Below are positions 22,362 through 34,027 of a stretch of 64,000 bases of DNA, in pieces (the first letter of the stretch is position 1; each line of letters starts with the position of its first letter). The notes under the pieces are model-generated. The model had not been told where the DNA came from. It did no database searches and saw only the letters and a list, made by a program, of their open reading frames with translations. The translations under genes and the position numbers were made by a program. Source of the DNA: Naegleria gruberi (Eukaryota); assembly GCA_000004985.1 (NCBI GenBank), contig GG738867.1. One strand, written 5' to 3'.

Positions 22362-24833
22362 ATGGAACTTAAAGATGGTTACTTTCCTTCTTCCAATGGT
22401 TCCGATTTTACATCATTAGCAAAGTTGCAACGTTTTTCACCCATTTCTGTCTCATTCAATGTATTAATTTGCTTTGATTCAAAATATGAGACCGAAGTGA
22501 GTGTAAAGAAACATCAACTATCCGATGAAACAAATTTACTGGTAAGTATTAATCCACACCAAAATAATTTATTATTGATTGACTAATTTATTATTATATT
22601 ATTGAAAATAGGTAGAAACTCTTTCATCCAATCACCATTTAAAAAATTGTGAATATTTACTGCCAATCTATGAGTGCATTCCAGATGATGTTGATTCATA
22701 TTTTACTATTTCTCCCTATTGTAAAGAAGGTGATCTAGAAGAATGGATTCGTAGGAATGAATTTTCTCTGCAAAAACCCATTCCTCCCGAAACTATTCTT
22801 CTCATCCTCTATCAGGTTGGCATTGGTATTGATACGCTCCACCACTCAAATATTATTCACAGAGATTTGAAATTGAAAAACATTTTCGTTAGGGAGTATG
22901 ATCCAAACACAGGATATATCAAAATAATGATTGGAGACTTTGGTGATGCCAAACAAATGGAAAAGAGTTACTATGAATCGTCTGGTACCAAAACTTTTAA
23001 TGATTCACCTCCAGAAATAATAGACCAATGGAAGCAAAACAAGAAGGATGTTAAGTGGACAAAGAAAGCCGACTTATGGGGCATTGGTTGTGTGTTGTTT
23101 AGGTTATTGACATTTGATTTGGTATGTTGAGAATAGTTGTTTCATTAACACAGAAAAGACTTCTCCACTTCATGATATTATTTTCGATGATGCTAATGAC
23201 AATTGGATTGTAAATCTTTGTAACAGATTTGTATGTAGTTTTAATAATCAATTATTTCAAAATAATCATTGACAAGTAGCAACTCGATGACTTGTTTGTG
23301 AAATTACTATACTACACCTTACAACCAATCTACTCACAGAGAGGAGGATCTGCTAGTTTTTTGGAAAGGGTATTATTGGTTTTAACCCAAAAAGGTTGTC
23401 ATATACGTGATGAAAAAAGTGGGCTGATTAATGGTATTAGCAAAGCATTTAACGAAAATACAACTGAATTGATAAAGCAACAAACTCTCGATATTAGCAC
23501 TTTCATGGGAATGAGAGAGGACTATTTGAGAAAATTGGCAATATCAATCATAGACAATGATTTGGAAATATTAGAAGAAGTTCCTCATGCATTGGAAAAA
23601 GGAGATTCTTTTTACCAACAGAAACTAATTATTATGCTTACTACTAATGATTTGAAAGATGAGAAAGGGATGGAAGATATTTTTGAAAAATCAATTCAAT
23701 TATTTCCAAAATGTATTTATCTATCCAAATTATCATGTTCCCTTTTCTTCATGCTTGAAAAATATGAAAAATCATTATTATATATTGAGAAAGTAACATG
23801 TAATTCTGTTTTTAAACTAAATTATGAAGACTGGATTACCTGCTATGACATGAAATCAAATATTTATGCTATTCAGGAAAAATGGGATGAAGCATTATCG
23901 ATTGCAGAATTTATTCTTTTGGAATTGGCAGTTAGGAAAAGTAATTGTATTCCAAAGCACGTTATTGCTTTAAATAGAGCTGAATTGTATTTTAATAAGA
24001 AAGATTATGACCAATGTATTGAATCATGTACATTTGTAATTGACACATTTGAGAACCTTCATTCTGTAGAGGATGAGAAAAATGCCCACCTTGTAGCATA
24101 TACTTTGGCTGCTAAAGCATATGGAGAAAAAGGAGATCAGTATAATTGCTTTAGATTCATCCAGGTAGCTCATTCTACTAATGAAAGAGACTGCACAATT
24201 CTAATTATCAGAGCACAGTTATATATCAAGTTCAATCAGATTGAGTCTGCACTCGATAGTATTTTGAAAGCAATATCTATACAACCTCAAACAAGGGAAT
24301 ACTACGAGCTTGCTTTAACTGTGTTTAAAATGTGCAAAAATGTAAACATGACCACTTTATGTTCTGAACTGATTACCAAATTGGATAATAGAAAAGAGAT
24401 TACCAACTCAGACCTGAGTTTATTACTTAAATTAGAAACAAAATCTACTATTGAAACCATCAAACAAGATTCCTCTCATAATACTGTTTCACCTCTAAAT
24501 GCTATTGTAAAAACCAAAATCACTTTGAGCACTCTACGTGGAACCACTGTTAAGGTGGAATGCACTGACATTGAAGGTATCATCAAAGAATGCAGACATA
24601 AATTATTGAACGATAAGTTGGAAATAATTGTAAACATGAAAGAAAAGACTAGAATTGACTATATCGAAGATTTGGACCCCTCAATTAATTACACAATTTT
24701 AACAGTTGAAGAATTCAAGGATTTAGACGCGAAACAACCTCCTTCCAACACAAATTCAATCCTATTATCCTCCATGGCAGCTCTTTCTTTCCTTGCTGCC
24801 GCAACCTCCTATTTATTCATTGTAAGGAAATAA
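22362..24833 (+). CDS. Protein kinase with C-terminal TPR/Sel1-like repeat domain and C-terminal TM anchor (cluster copy A); exons 22362..22541, 22612..23121, 23340..24833
   Basis: GTAAGT donor at 22542 and GTATGT donor at 23122, with TAG/CAG acceptors in frame. The middle exon carries kinase subdomains IV-IX (YLLPIYEC...YCKEGDLEEWI...IIHRDLKLKNIF...IGDFGDAK...DLWGIGCVLFRLL). Exon 1 lacks a canonical GxGxxG loop. The C-terminal 500 aa is helical-repeat rich and ends with a hydrophobic helix (MAALSFLAAATSYLFIV). Confidence 0.6.
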
Positions 24834-24839
24834 AAAAAA

Positions 24840-27075
24840 ATGTCATTGCTCCTCTCGTCATATTCTCGCTTCCAAAATGTTGAGATGATTGGTGCTGGGT
24901 CTGGTGGGACTGTTTTCCGTGCTTTTGATCAAGAAATTGGAAAACAAGTGGCCATCAAAGTGACTAAAAGTATTCAAGAAATGAAAATTGTAAGTAAATT
25001 CTTGTTACATTGTAATCAATGGACAATAATTTAATATATTATATTAATAGTATAATTATATTAAAACAAACAATATTCAAAATAATTACCTGGTTGAAAT
25101 TTATGATCATTTACAGAGTGGTGACGATGACTCTATTATTGTGATGGAGTATTTTCGAGAGGGAAATTTAGAAAATTGGTTGAAACAAAGAAAGAAACCT
25201 CTCAGTTGGCTCTTAATTTATAGTATCCTATTGCAATTAACATTCGGAATACACTACTTGCATTCCAATAAGATTTTTCATAGAGATTTAAAGTTGAGTA
25301 ATATTTTGGTGGTGGAGGAGGTTTGTGAACACATGGTGAGAGTAAAGATTGCAGATTTGGGATTATCGAAAATAGTGGATCATGATACAATCAAGCACTC
25401 CAAGGTTGGAACTCACTATTATCTTCCACCAGAAGTCAGACAACAAACCACTGAAGAAATTATACCAGAGAAAATTGATATTTGGAGTTTTGGAATTCTG
25501 GTTTTCAGATTATTGTCCAGAGATTTTACGTATGATGTGGCCAGCAAGTTGGTCAATAGTAAGGAGAAGGATTTTTGTGAGGATGTACTGATGAAGATGA
25601 TTCAGAATAATGAAAATGTTGATTGTGGGGTTGTGACTAATTTTGTAACATTTCTCACACCAACACTCAAATTGAAACCAAGCGAAAGGTATAATTCACT
25701 GGATTTATTCGATTTATGTTTCAATATTCCAAATAATGAGTCGTATGTCGATCAAGATACTATTGACCTACTTGTTGATTGTAGAGTTGATCCTTTGATA
25801 ATTGGAATTTGTTACTTTTCTCTCAAACAGACAGAAAAATCAATTCACTATCTCGAAAAAGTATTAGAGAACAAAACAGAAAATAACAATAGTGCAGAGA
25901 AGGGCTTTGCATGTGCAATCATGGCCTTTATAACACTGTTCAATGGTAAAAACAGAACCATTGTTAATTCAGAGAAAGAATACAAAGTCAATCCTGACTT
26001 TTTGAGATATATTGAATATGTGGAGAAATATTCAATTACTTTCAAGCTGTATCATTTGTTAAAATCAAAGCAATATTTTATGAGCCAGCATTATGAAAAA
26101 TCTATAGAACATGCAGACCAATGTATAGAACATATTGGCTCTGCCTCTAGTTTGAAAGCTTGTTGCTTGCATGGTTTAGGTTATTATGATAAAGCACTTG
26201 AGGTTATGAAGAAAATCAACCCAAAAACTGAAATGGATTACAGAAACATGTCATATATTTATTTGGTTGAATATCAAAATTATGAGGAGGCTTTAAAGTG
26301 TGCAAATAGTGCACTAGAACTCAATCCAGGAGTTCCTGATTTTTATTTACTGAAAGTATGCTGCCTCGCAAGTGCTGCTCCAAGTGAGGCTCTTACTTGT
26401 TTGAAGAATGCTCGAAAATTAATTGGAAAAGTAGGTGTATATTACTATCACAAGGGGAGAATCTATTTGAATATGGGGAGATTGGAAATGGCTCTTTCTA
26501 AATTAAATAAGGCCCAAGAATTAGGTGAGGAGAGTATGAATTTGATTGCAGTTTTGGAAATGGCATTGGGTAGATTACCTGAAGCTCTTATTTCAATCAA
26601 TAGATATTTAGAAAAGTATCCAAATAATATTACAGCCCATAACAACAAGTTCAAGATATTAATCATGCAAAATTTGACAGAGGAGGCGAAAATTGAGCTA
26701 GAATTAATTGAACATCTCAAACGTCTCAACATCAAAACTGAAAAAACCATCAAACAACAATTGTATTTTGAAAATGACAAACCTCCCATCTCAAACATCT
26801 CAAACACGAATATTAAGGAGTGTTATTTTGTTTCCAAAAACCATACCTTCAAAAGAAAGATTAAATTTAACTCTGTGGAAGATCTTTTGAAGCAATGCAG
26901 AAAAGAATTTCAAGACGAAACAATCACCACTTTTATTGACGAAAATTCACAAGTATGTGATTTAAAATTTGGAACTTTTATACATGGAAAAACCTATACT
27001 GTTACTGGTGATTTGTATATGGAACAAACTTCATATATGAGCTCGCTAATGAATTATCTTTTCCAAAAACGGTAA
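24840..27075 (+). CDS. Protein kinase with C-terminal TPR/Sel1-like repeats (cluster copy B, apparently intact); exons 24840..24989 and 25117..27075
   Basis: Exon 1 has a Gly-loop and VAIK (IGAGSGGTVFRA..KQVAIKV). GTAAGT donor at 24990 and CAG acceptor at 25116. Exon 2 has HRDLKLSNIL, DLG (IADLGLSK), a YYLPPEV activation segment and DIWSFGILVFRLL. About 400 aa of TPR-like helical repeats follow. Confidence 0.8.
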
Positions 27076-28973
27076 ACAACAAAGGCCAAAATTGAAATAG
27101 TGCCTACTATTACATATGGGCTTATTGAACTCGATTCAGCTACTACACTGTATGTTTCATCTTCAATAATTTCATCAAATGCTTGGCATTTGGTTGCTCC
27201 TAAATGAATGGAAATAATTTTACGTTTGAATAACTTGCTGGCTTTCTCCATTAAATTTTCCATAGAATCTGAACGAATACAATGAATATAAGGGTGTCCC
27301 TCTAATCTCAGCTTTACATCCTTTTCAATAAACTTTCCTACAACGGTTTCTCTGTTGGCATTCTTATCCATTTGTTGAATATTATTGGAAGCCTCCACTA
27401 TATTACCCATTTCAAGTAGAATATTACTTCTTATTTCATTACTAAATTTGCAAGTGGGAATTTTCTGAAGATGATTATTGATTGATGAAAGAGCTTGGTC
27501 ATATCTTTTCAATTTTTGATAACATTGAGCTAGTAGTAAATCAATTTTGTTTTGAGGTATCTTAACCATCAAGAATTCCTCCAAAGCTTGCTCATAACTA
27601 CCAATAGCTCTATAAGTTTTTCCTTTCAAATAGTGGCATCTTGATTTGTCAAATTCTCTTTCAGATTCCTTCAGTACAGTATCGTAAATATCCAAAGCTT
27701 CTCCAAATCTTTTCAAGTGAGCGAGTGTCTTCCCCTTCCCCAATAAAATATTAAAATAATTTTTGTGAATTCTTAAATTGTAATTATCCAATGCAAAATT
27801 AAAATCTTCAAGTGCATTTGCAAATTCTCGAGTCTTATACCTACACTGTCCTCTATTGATATATACAGTATCTTCATCCAATCCATCACGAATAATAGAA
27901 TTGATATCTAATATTGCTTCAGAATATTGCTTACTCATTGCCTTGTAGGAACTCAATAGTATTCTTGGTCTCCTTTCACAAGGCTTTAATTGTGTAACTC
28001 TCTTGAGATATGCTAATACCTTTGCTGTGAATCCAGAATTGACAACTTGAATTTGACCACTAAGGAAATATACCAAATACCCTCCATTTTTCAAGTGTAT
28101 GTCTATTAATCGAATAATATCAGGTTCAAAACTTGATGCCAATTGTTCTGCGTCTATTTCTGGATTTTCAGCTGCATTGAAAACTTTGAAAAGCATTGAA
28201 TATAAAATCATTAAATCAAATATATCACCCTCTCCCAAAAACATTCTCAATTCTCTATTATTGATTACATTGTAAAATATCAAATCTTCTCTACCAACAG
28301 GAATTGAAACGTTCTCTCCACTCTCTGGGTGCAAGAATGCAATAACATTTAATTGTCTACAAATATCCTCAAAAAGTATAGAACTATTCACTCTCAAAGA
28401 TGGTTCAGGTTGAAGAGTTCCTTGTAAAATAATAATGAAAAAATTATCTTGTAGAGGTGTCAGCTTTTCTCTAATGATTTTCAACCATAATCTTTCATCC
28501 TCATCAATAGGAATAAAATTGGTTGACTGTATAATGAAAAGGTTATACACAAATTGATCCAACTATTGAAAACCTACCAATTTCAATAATTTCATGAGTA
28601 TTAAACCGACACACCACACGTCAACCTTCATCAATTGCATCTCTCTAGTCTCCTCATCATTCGTCATATGTAAGAGACCCTCCACTTCCTTTGGCTTGAT
28701 TTGTGAAAATTCTTCAATGGCCAACAAATGACTTTTAATATTTTCTCTCTCGTCCAAAGTGTCAAATTCTAACGAATCAATCAAAGGAATTCCTTCCTCC
28801 TTTTTAATAATTAATTTTAACAAATTCAAGTGTGCCTTTCCAACATTATGATGGTATTTATGTAAAAATAGAATTAATTTATAAATTAAATGGATGATGG
28901 TGATAGGATCATGATTGTTCTCTTTGGCAGTGTTGATAAATTCCTCCAATGTAAATCTTTTCATTTTTTTCAA
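27054..28973 (-). pseudogene. Decayed paralogue of the kinase-TPR family (cluster copy C): only C-lobe kinase remnant, in-frame TAG, TPR-like repeats retained
   Basis: Two adjacent same-frame ORFs (28973..28563 and 28562..27054) are separated by a single TAG codon. The upstream part contains only kinase subdomains V-IX with a degenerate catalytic loop (HNVGKAHLNLLKLII instead of HRDLKxxN). There is no N-lobe and no room for one, because the next gene ends at 29030. The downstream ORF is a TPR-like repeat region paralogous to copy B and has its own C-terminal hydrophobic helix. The 3' end overlaps copy B by about 22 nt (convergent). Confidence 0.5.
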
Positions 28974-29029
28974 TAAAACAATTTCGCATAGAAATATTAG
29001 ATTGCAAGGTTTTCTTCATATTGTAAAGT

Positions 29030-31204
29030 TTATTTCTCTGATTCAAGGAAGGAATTGATGATATCAGTAAACTGAGAAGGAAATTCTCGTCTCTTTGCAA
29101 GTAATTCCAATGTTTCAGGTATTATTTTCTCATGCAATAAATCTAGACTTGGTCCATTAGAAGATTTCACTGTAAAGCACAATTTGGCATTGTATCCTTT
29201 TTCATTAATACATTGTCCAAACAATTGTCGTAATTGGTAGAAATACGTATAATCACAATCCATAAAAGTCATTGAAACTCTGTCAATAATAAATATGGTT
29301 TGCAATCTCTTTTCAGTTATTTCAATAATTTTGCTTTCTTTTCTAGTACCATCGATAGTGATTGAAACTTTGATTTTCTTTCCTGGTCTTTGTAACAATT
29401 CAATAAGTGACTTATTAGACATTTCTTCATAATCTTTGATAAATATTGAGCAAGCACCGAACCAATTCTTAATGGCCTCTTGTTGTATTTCAGGATGTGA
29501 TGTAAGGATATCCATATTAATCCATCTTATAGCCTTTGGTGCATATTTTACAATCTCTAAAGCATAATCCTTATTGCTAGATATAAACTTTGACACTTTT
29601 TGGAGACTTGTAAAAGGATCTTTTTTAAGAATTGCGATAATAATGTCCATTGAGTGTATGTACTCTTTAGGAATTGTGCTAATATTGTCTCCTCCTTTGA
29701 TGGAAGCAAGAACCATTTCTTTATCAATCTCAATACTACTATCAATTTCTGAAATGCTGAAACCTCTCCTCAAACAGTCTAAAATCAGCTCTCTATCGAT
29801 TCCAATGATATCCTTATATTCCTTTTTAAAAAGATACTTGAGAATGGATGGATTGACTCTTAGAGCCTCTTTAAGGAATTCCTTATCATGTCTCAATGAC
29901 TCATCCAATATCTTGAATAATTTTCTTTCCTGACGGCAATATTTCAACAGCCCTCTATTCTTCAAGAATTCACTGTCAACTTTGAGAGAAATATTCTTGG
30001 ATATGAATTCAGTGTCTATGGTAGTACTAACTTCTATTAACTTGCAGAATAAGTCGAAACTATTGAAAAAGCGATCATCCAAACATGCACAAATATCATC
30101 ACTTTCTACATCATGGCACAGGTACGATATGTCATAATCACGGGTTGTGCACGCCTTTACAATTTCCCAAGGCACAAATCCTATTTTTCCCTCAGCTTCT
30201 CCTTGATCCCAAGGGTAATCTGTATACTTTGAATTGGAAACCTTCGCTTTTTTTAATCCAATAATGTCAATGAGATTGCATGCTACTAAATATTCATCAT
30301 CAAATCCCAAATATCCCACCATTTGTTGTAATTGCAACACTAAAATTCCCTTATCACCTGGAACAAGGGAAACCCAATAATCACTTCTATAATTACAATT
30401 TTCAAAACTTGGATATGATAAACCTCCATAAAAAGAGCATAACAATTCCTTCTCCTTCCTTTGGAAACGGATAATATTTCCATTATTAGAAACTAGGAGA
30501 AATCTATTTGAGGATGTTGTGATTTTACACAGCTTCATATTGTCCATCTCAATAAACTCTACACAATTTGATATCTTTTCTCTGGTAATTTGAATTTCCT
30601 TTACCTCCTCATCTTGTTCATCTTTATCATCTTGGTCATTTTCTTCATCCTCTCCTTCATCTTCTTGATCATCTTCTTCATCTTCCTCTTCCTCTTCATC
30701 TTCTTCTTCTTCATCGTCATGTTCCTCTTCGTTTTGCTCTGTTTCATCATCTCCATCATTTTCATCTTTCCCTTGCTCATCTGTGACCATCATTGCATTC
30801 ACTTCCTCATCCATTTTCAATACCTTCAACAATCTTAACCAATATGCCAATGAATGATATTCATTCTCTGGATTACACTCTACAGACCAAGTCCATGTCA
30901 ATTTTCCTGAACAAATCTTGTTATTCCATAGAGTATCAACCCACTCCTTCAGCAAAAGTATGATCTTCTCACGGGAAAAGTACAAATCGTGCCAATCTTT
31001 ACACACCACAGCAAGTGATGGCAAATCCTTTGGTGAACAAAACTTGAATATATGACCCAATACAAATGGATCATATCGACAAACGAGAATATTTAGAGGT
31101 TTCTCCAATAATTGATTGGATTTTTGCTTTTTTGATGATGACAACGAGAGAGAGTTATCTTCCGAAGAGGTTCGCTTCATTTGGTGTTGGGAATTAGTAG
31201 ACAA
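29030..31204 (-). CDS. F-box-like / poly-acidic / SH3-like / DUF4116-repeat protein
   Basis: 724-aa ATG ORF. N-terminal F-box-like motif (LNILVCRYDPFVLGHIFKFCSPKDLPSLAVVCKDWHDLY). About 70-residue D/E run. SH3-like segment (...GDKGILVLQLQQ...GKIGFVPWEIVKA). C-terminal tandem approx 30-aa repeats of DUF4116 type (DKEFLKEALRVNPSILKYL / DKEMVLASIKGGDNISTIP / DYALEIVKYAPKAIRWI). Confidence 0.6.
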   Translation of the reverse strand: MSTNSQHQMKRTSSEDNSLSLSSSKKQKSNQLLEKPLNILVCRYDPFVLGHIFKFCSPKDLPSLAVVCKDWHDLYFSREKIILLLKEWVDTLWNNKICSGKLTWTWSVECNPENEYHSLAYWLRLLKVLKMDEEVNAMMVTDEQGKDENDGDDETEQNEEEHDDEEEEDEEEEEDEEDDQEDEGEDEENDQDDKDEQDEEVKEIQITREKISNCVEFIEMDNMKLCKITTSSNRFLLVSNNGNIIRFQRKEKELLCSFYGGLSYPSFENCNYRSDYWVSLVPGDKGILVLQLQQMVGYLGFDDEYLVACNLIDIIGLKKAKVSNSKYTDYPWDQGEAEGKIGFVPWEIVKACTTRDYDISYLCHDVESDDICACLDDRFFNSFDLFCKLIEVSTTIDTEFISKNISLKVDSEFLKNRGLLKYCRQERKLFKILDESLRHDKEFLKEALRVNPSILKYLFKKEYKDIIGIDRELILDCLRRGFSISEIDSSIEIDKEMVLASIKGGDNISTIPKEYIHSMDIIIAILKKDPFTSLQKVSKFISSNKDYALEIVKYAPKAIRWINMDILTSHPEIQQEAIKNWFGACSIFIKDYEEMSNKSLIELLQRPGKKIKVSITIDGTRKESKIIEITEKRLQTIFIIDRVSMTFMDCDYTYFYQLRQLFGQCINEKGYNAKLCFTVKSSNGPSLDLLHEKIIPETLELLAKRREFPSQFTDIINSFLESEK

Positions 31205-31469
31205 AATCTATGCTTTTTTTTATCAAAACTTTCAAAGTGAACAAACAGCTCTCAATGTTGGTGGTTGTGACTAGAAAGAACATTTTAAAAATCCAAAGAA
31301 AATTGGAAAATGTGGAAAGGTTGTTTGTTACCTTACTCCATGACGGCAAAGCCAAATGACAAAGGCCAATTGGTCAAGTTTACAAATTTCAATTTTTTTT
31401 TGAAAAATTATTAAAAAAAATATTTTGATATTTTTAACGGTTTTTACAGTAATCGACTTTTTTCAAAAG

Positions 31470-32459
31470 ATGGAAAGAAGAGTGAATGCACTACACAATG
31501 ATGACTATGAAGAGGTCAACCAAAAAGGATACGGAAGTGATCAGAGTTTTGATCCTGATGAAGATAAAACAACTTCCAACAAGCAAGAAGAAGAAGAACA
31601 ATTAATTACCAACAATCCATCATCATCCACCACAGATAATAAGAACACAACTGTTGTTGTTGCTGAAGAATCTGCAACGAACGGAAAGCCAAAGAGACAA
31701 AGAAAAAAGAAGAATCCTGCTAAGAAGACTTCTAATAATCAACAACAATCAACAAACAATGAAGATGAAGATGACATTCAATATGTAGAAGTGGAGGAGA
31801 ATGCAGTTGAAGTTATCAGTACAACGGAAGGAACACAAGTCAAAAAGAAGAAGAAAAAGAAGAAGCCAACTCCTCCAACAACTAGTAGCGACAATAACAC
31901 ATCAGCAGATAATTCTTCATCCAATACTAATCCTAAACCAGTAACAACAACAGGTAACCAACAAAGTACTGCTGATAAGAAGAAGAATAATGGAAAGAAT
32001 CAACAACAACGTGTCTTGTTTGTGAAAGTTAACAACAACAATAATCAACAAGCTACTCCAAGTGAACAACAATCAAGTAGTGCCAATGTTAATGATGCAA
32101 CCAGTACTTCCAAAGAGGAATCTAGAAAGCCAAAGACCACTTCTCAATCAGCAGCCACTACAGGCAAAAAGGTAAAGAAAGATGCTCCTAAACAACCACC
32201 ACAACAAAAGGCACCAGTTTCCACTGGACCTAAGAGATACTCTCAACAAGATTATTCTACTGGAAGCCAATCACCAACTCTTTACAATAATTACAATCCT
32301 TATCGTAATAATAGTGGAAAGAAATCTTTCAATACACCATCAGGAAATACTGAAAGAATTAACAGCTTTAAATTAGATGCTAATGCTAAGTCCTTTGTTC
32401 CTCCACCTTCCTTTACTCCAATTATTATTGAATCTCCAAAACAAGAGAATCAAACCTAA
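31470..32459 (+). CDS. Basic Lys/Ser/Thr/Asn-rich low-complexity protein with C-terminal PAM2-like (PABP-interacting) motif
   Basis: ATG at 31470 inside the 31425..32459 ORF. Lys runs (KKKKKKKK, KRQRKKKNPAKK) suggest nuclear/RNA association. C-terminal SFKLDANAKSFVPPP fits the PAM2 consensus (xxLNxNAxEFxP). Confidence 0.5.
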   Translation: MERRVNALHNDDYEEVNQKGYGSDQSFDPDEDKTTSNKQEEEEQLITNNPSSSTTDNKNTTVVVAEESATNGKPKRQRKKKNPAKKTSNNQQQSTNNEDEDDIQYVEVEENAVEVISTTEGTQVKKKKKKKKPTPPTTSSDNNTSADNSSSNTNPKPVTTTGNQQSTADKKKNNGKNQQQRVLFVKVNNNNNQQATPSEQQSSSANVNDATSTSKEESRKPKTTSQSAATTGKKVKKDAPKQPPQQKAPVSTGPKRYSQQDYSTGSQSPTLYNNYNPYRNNSGKKSFNTPSGNTERINSFKLDANAKSFVPPPSFTPIIIESPKQENQT

Positions 32460-32643
32460 ATGGTTTCTGTATTACTAACATTAGTAATTCTGGAAAATAC
32501 CTAATATTTTCCTTACAGAAATTTTGGATAGTTGAAGGAAATATTCAATTGACCTATCATCCTGTTGGATATTTTATTGAGCGATGACTATGAACCAAAA
32601 AATACGGAGAACTAATGCATTTCTTTCAATTTTAGCAGTCAAG

Positions 32644-33988
32644 TCAACTTAACAAACTTTCAGCCATCTCTACACCATTTAAAATACGTTTAAATGGTTC
32701 CACACAAAGTCCTGGTCTCTCATCTTTATCAGTAAACAAGTTATGATTGAGATGGTCAATTCTTTTTGTCAATGCATAATTACACATTATATCGACCAAC
32801 ATGCAAGGAGTTAGTTTTCTATTTAGTCCTAATACTTTCTGTACTCTACTCAAGTATTTCTCTTTGATGCTTTCTGACCATTCATTCACCTCATGATTCT
32901 GTGGATCACAATTTGAAATATCAAAATGGTAAAGTGTGATAATATTCTCTGGTTGGTTTTCAAAATATAGTACCAGCTCTGTATACTTTAAATCGTTGAA
33001 AAAATCATGTTCACAACAATACCTCAAACAGAAAGTATCTTGTCCATCCTCAATCCTGCCCTTAAATTTTACAGTAAGAAAAGCTTTCACAGTAGTCTTG
33101 GTTTTGTAATATTGTAAAGGTGATGATTCGATAATAGTGTTGTAGAGTGGAAGAGTTAAAGTGATGGGAATAGAGCATGTTGTCATAGTTTGGCAATAAG
33201 CTAGATTCTTAATTGTATACAAAGTTTGGAGATTGATTTTGCCCTCTTGATTGGATAGTAGTTGTATTGTTTTTGATCCAGCAGCTATACCTTTTTGATT
33301 GATTTCACTTGTTGCCCAACAGTAGAGACTTGAATTTGAGGGAGGCTCTACATTGGTGTATAGCTCAATGACTTGTTTGGCAATTTCTTGGTTGTCCCAC
33401 GATAAATATGGGATAACACAATTTAAAAAGTCTGTCTTATCCACTAATTTATCTAATTCCTCCCTATTGATCATCCTTTCAGATAGTGTGTCAAATATAA
33501 TCACATGTAAAAGTTTCCTGTTTTCATGTGCTACAGCAAATTCACGACAATTAGATCTAAAACTTGCTTCCACAATATTAAACTTGACAAATGACTCATT
33601 CACTGGAATCAATTGATCTATAAAAACTCCTATCACATTGATAGAAGCATTCATAATTTTTGTGGTCATTCTCAATATTTTGAATTTCTCCTCCCAATCG
33701 ATAAACCAAGCCAAGATAAAAATTCCTCCTTTCCCATTCAGATTCGAATTCTATTTCTTGTTCTTTCAAAAACTTGGCAATCCTCAATGCATGATAACTT
33801 GGAAAATCACGAGAATTTACAATTTTTACAATTGATGAACAAGTTACATAGAAATTACACTGACAAGTAATATCCAAAAATCCAAATAAATTCTCCACAA
33901 TCAATGGTTCCATCGGAAGTGTCTTTTGCTGTTTCGTACGTTTCTTATCAAATTTTGATTGAGAATTTTCATTCTTTCGTTTTTTCAT
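32644..33988 (-). CDS. Hypothetical protein with F-box-like N-terminus; two overlapping ORFs in different frames (33988..33596 and 33714..32644) imply an intron or a frameshift
   Basis: The N-terminal ORF starts MKKRKNENSQ.. and has an F-box-like LPMEPLIVENLFGFLDI. Candidate phase-0 donors (GTAACT, GTAAAA, GTAAAT) at 33880..33850. A candidate acceptor (GAGGAG|AAATTC, near 33680) would join to the 356-aa downstream ORF. The junction is unresolved. Confidence 0.35.
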
Positions 33989-34027
33989 TTTTTTTTAAAT
34001 TTTAAAAAATTATTTTAGGCGGGAAAC

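Noticed and set aside
30590-30838. Plus-strand ORF encoding a Phe/Ile/Leu-only peptide (FIFIILVIFFIL...)
   Set aside because: It is the antisense of the GAA/GAT-rich poly-Asp/Glu run inside the minus-strand F-box/DUF4116 gene, so it is an artefact of codon repetition and not a gene.
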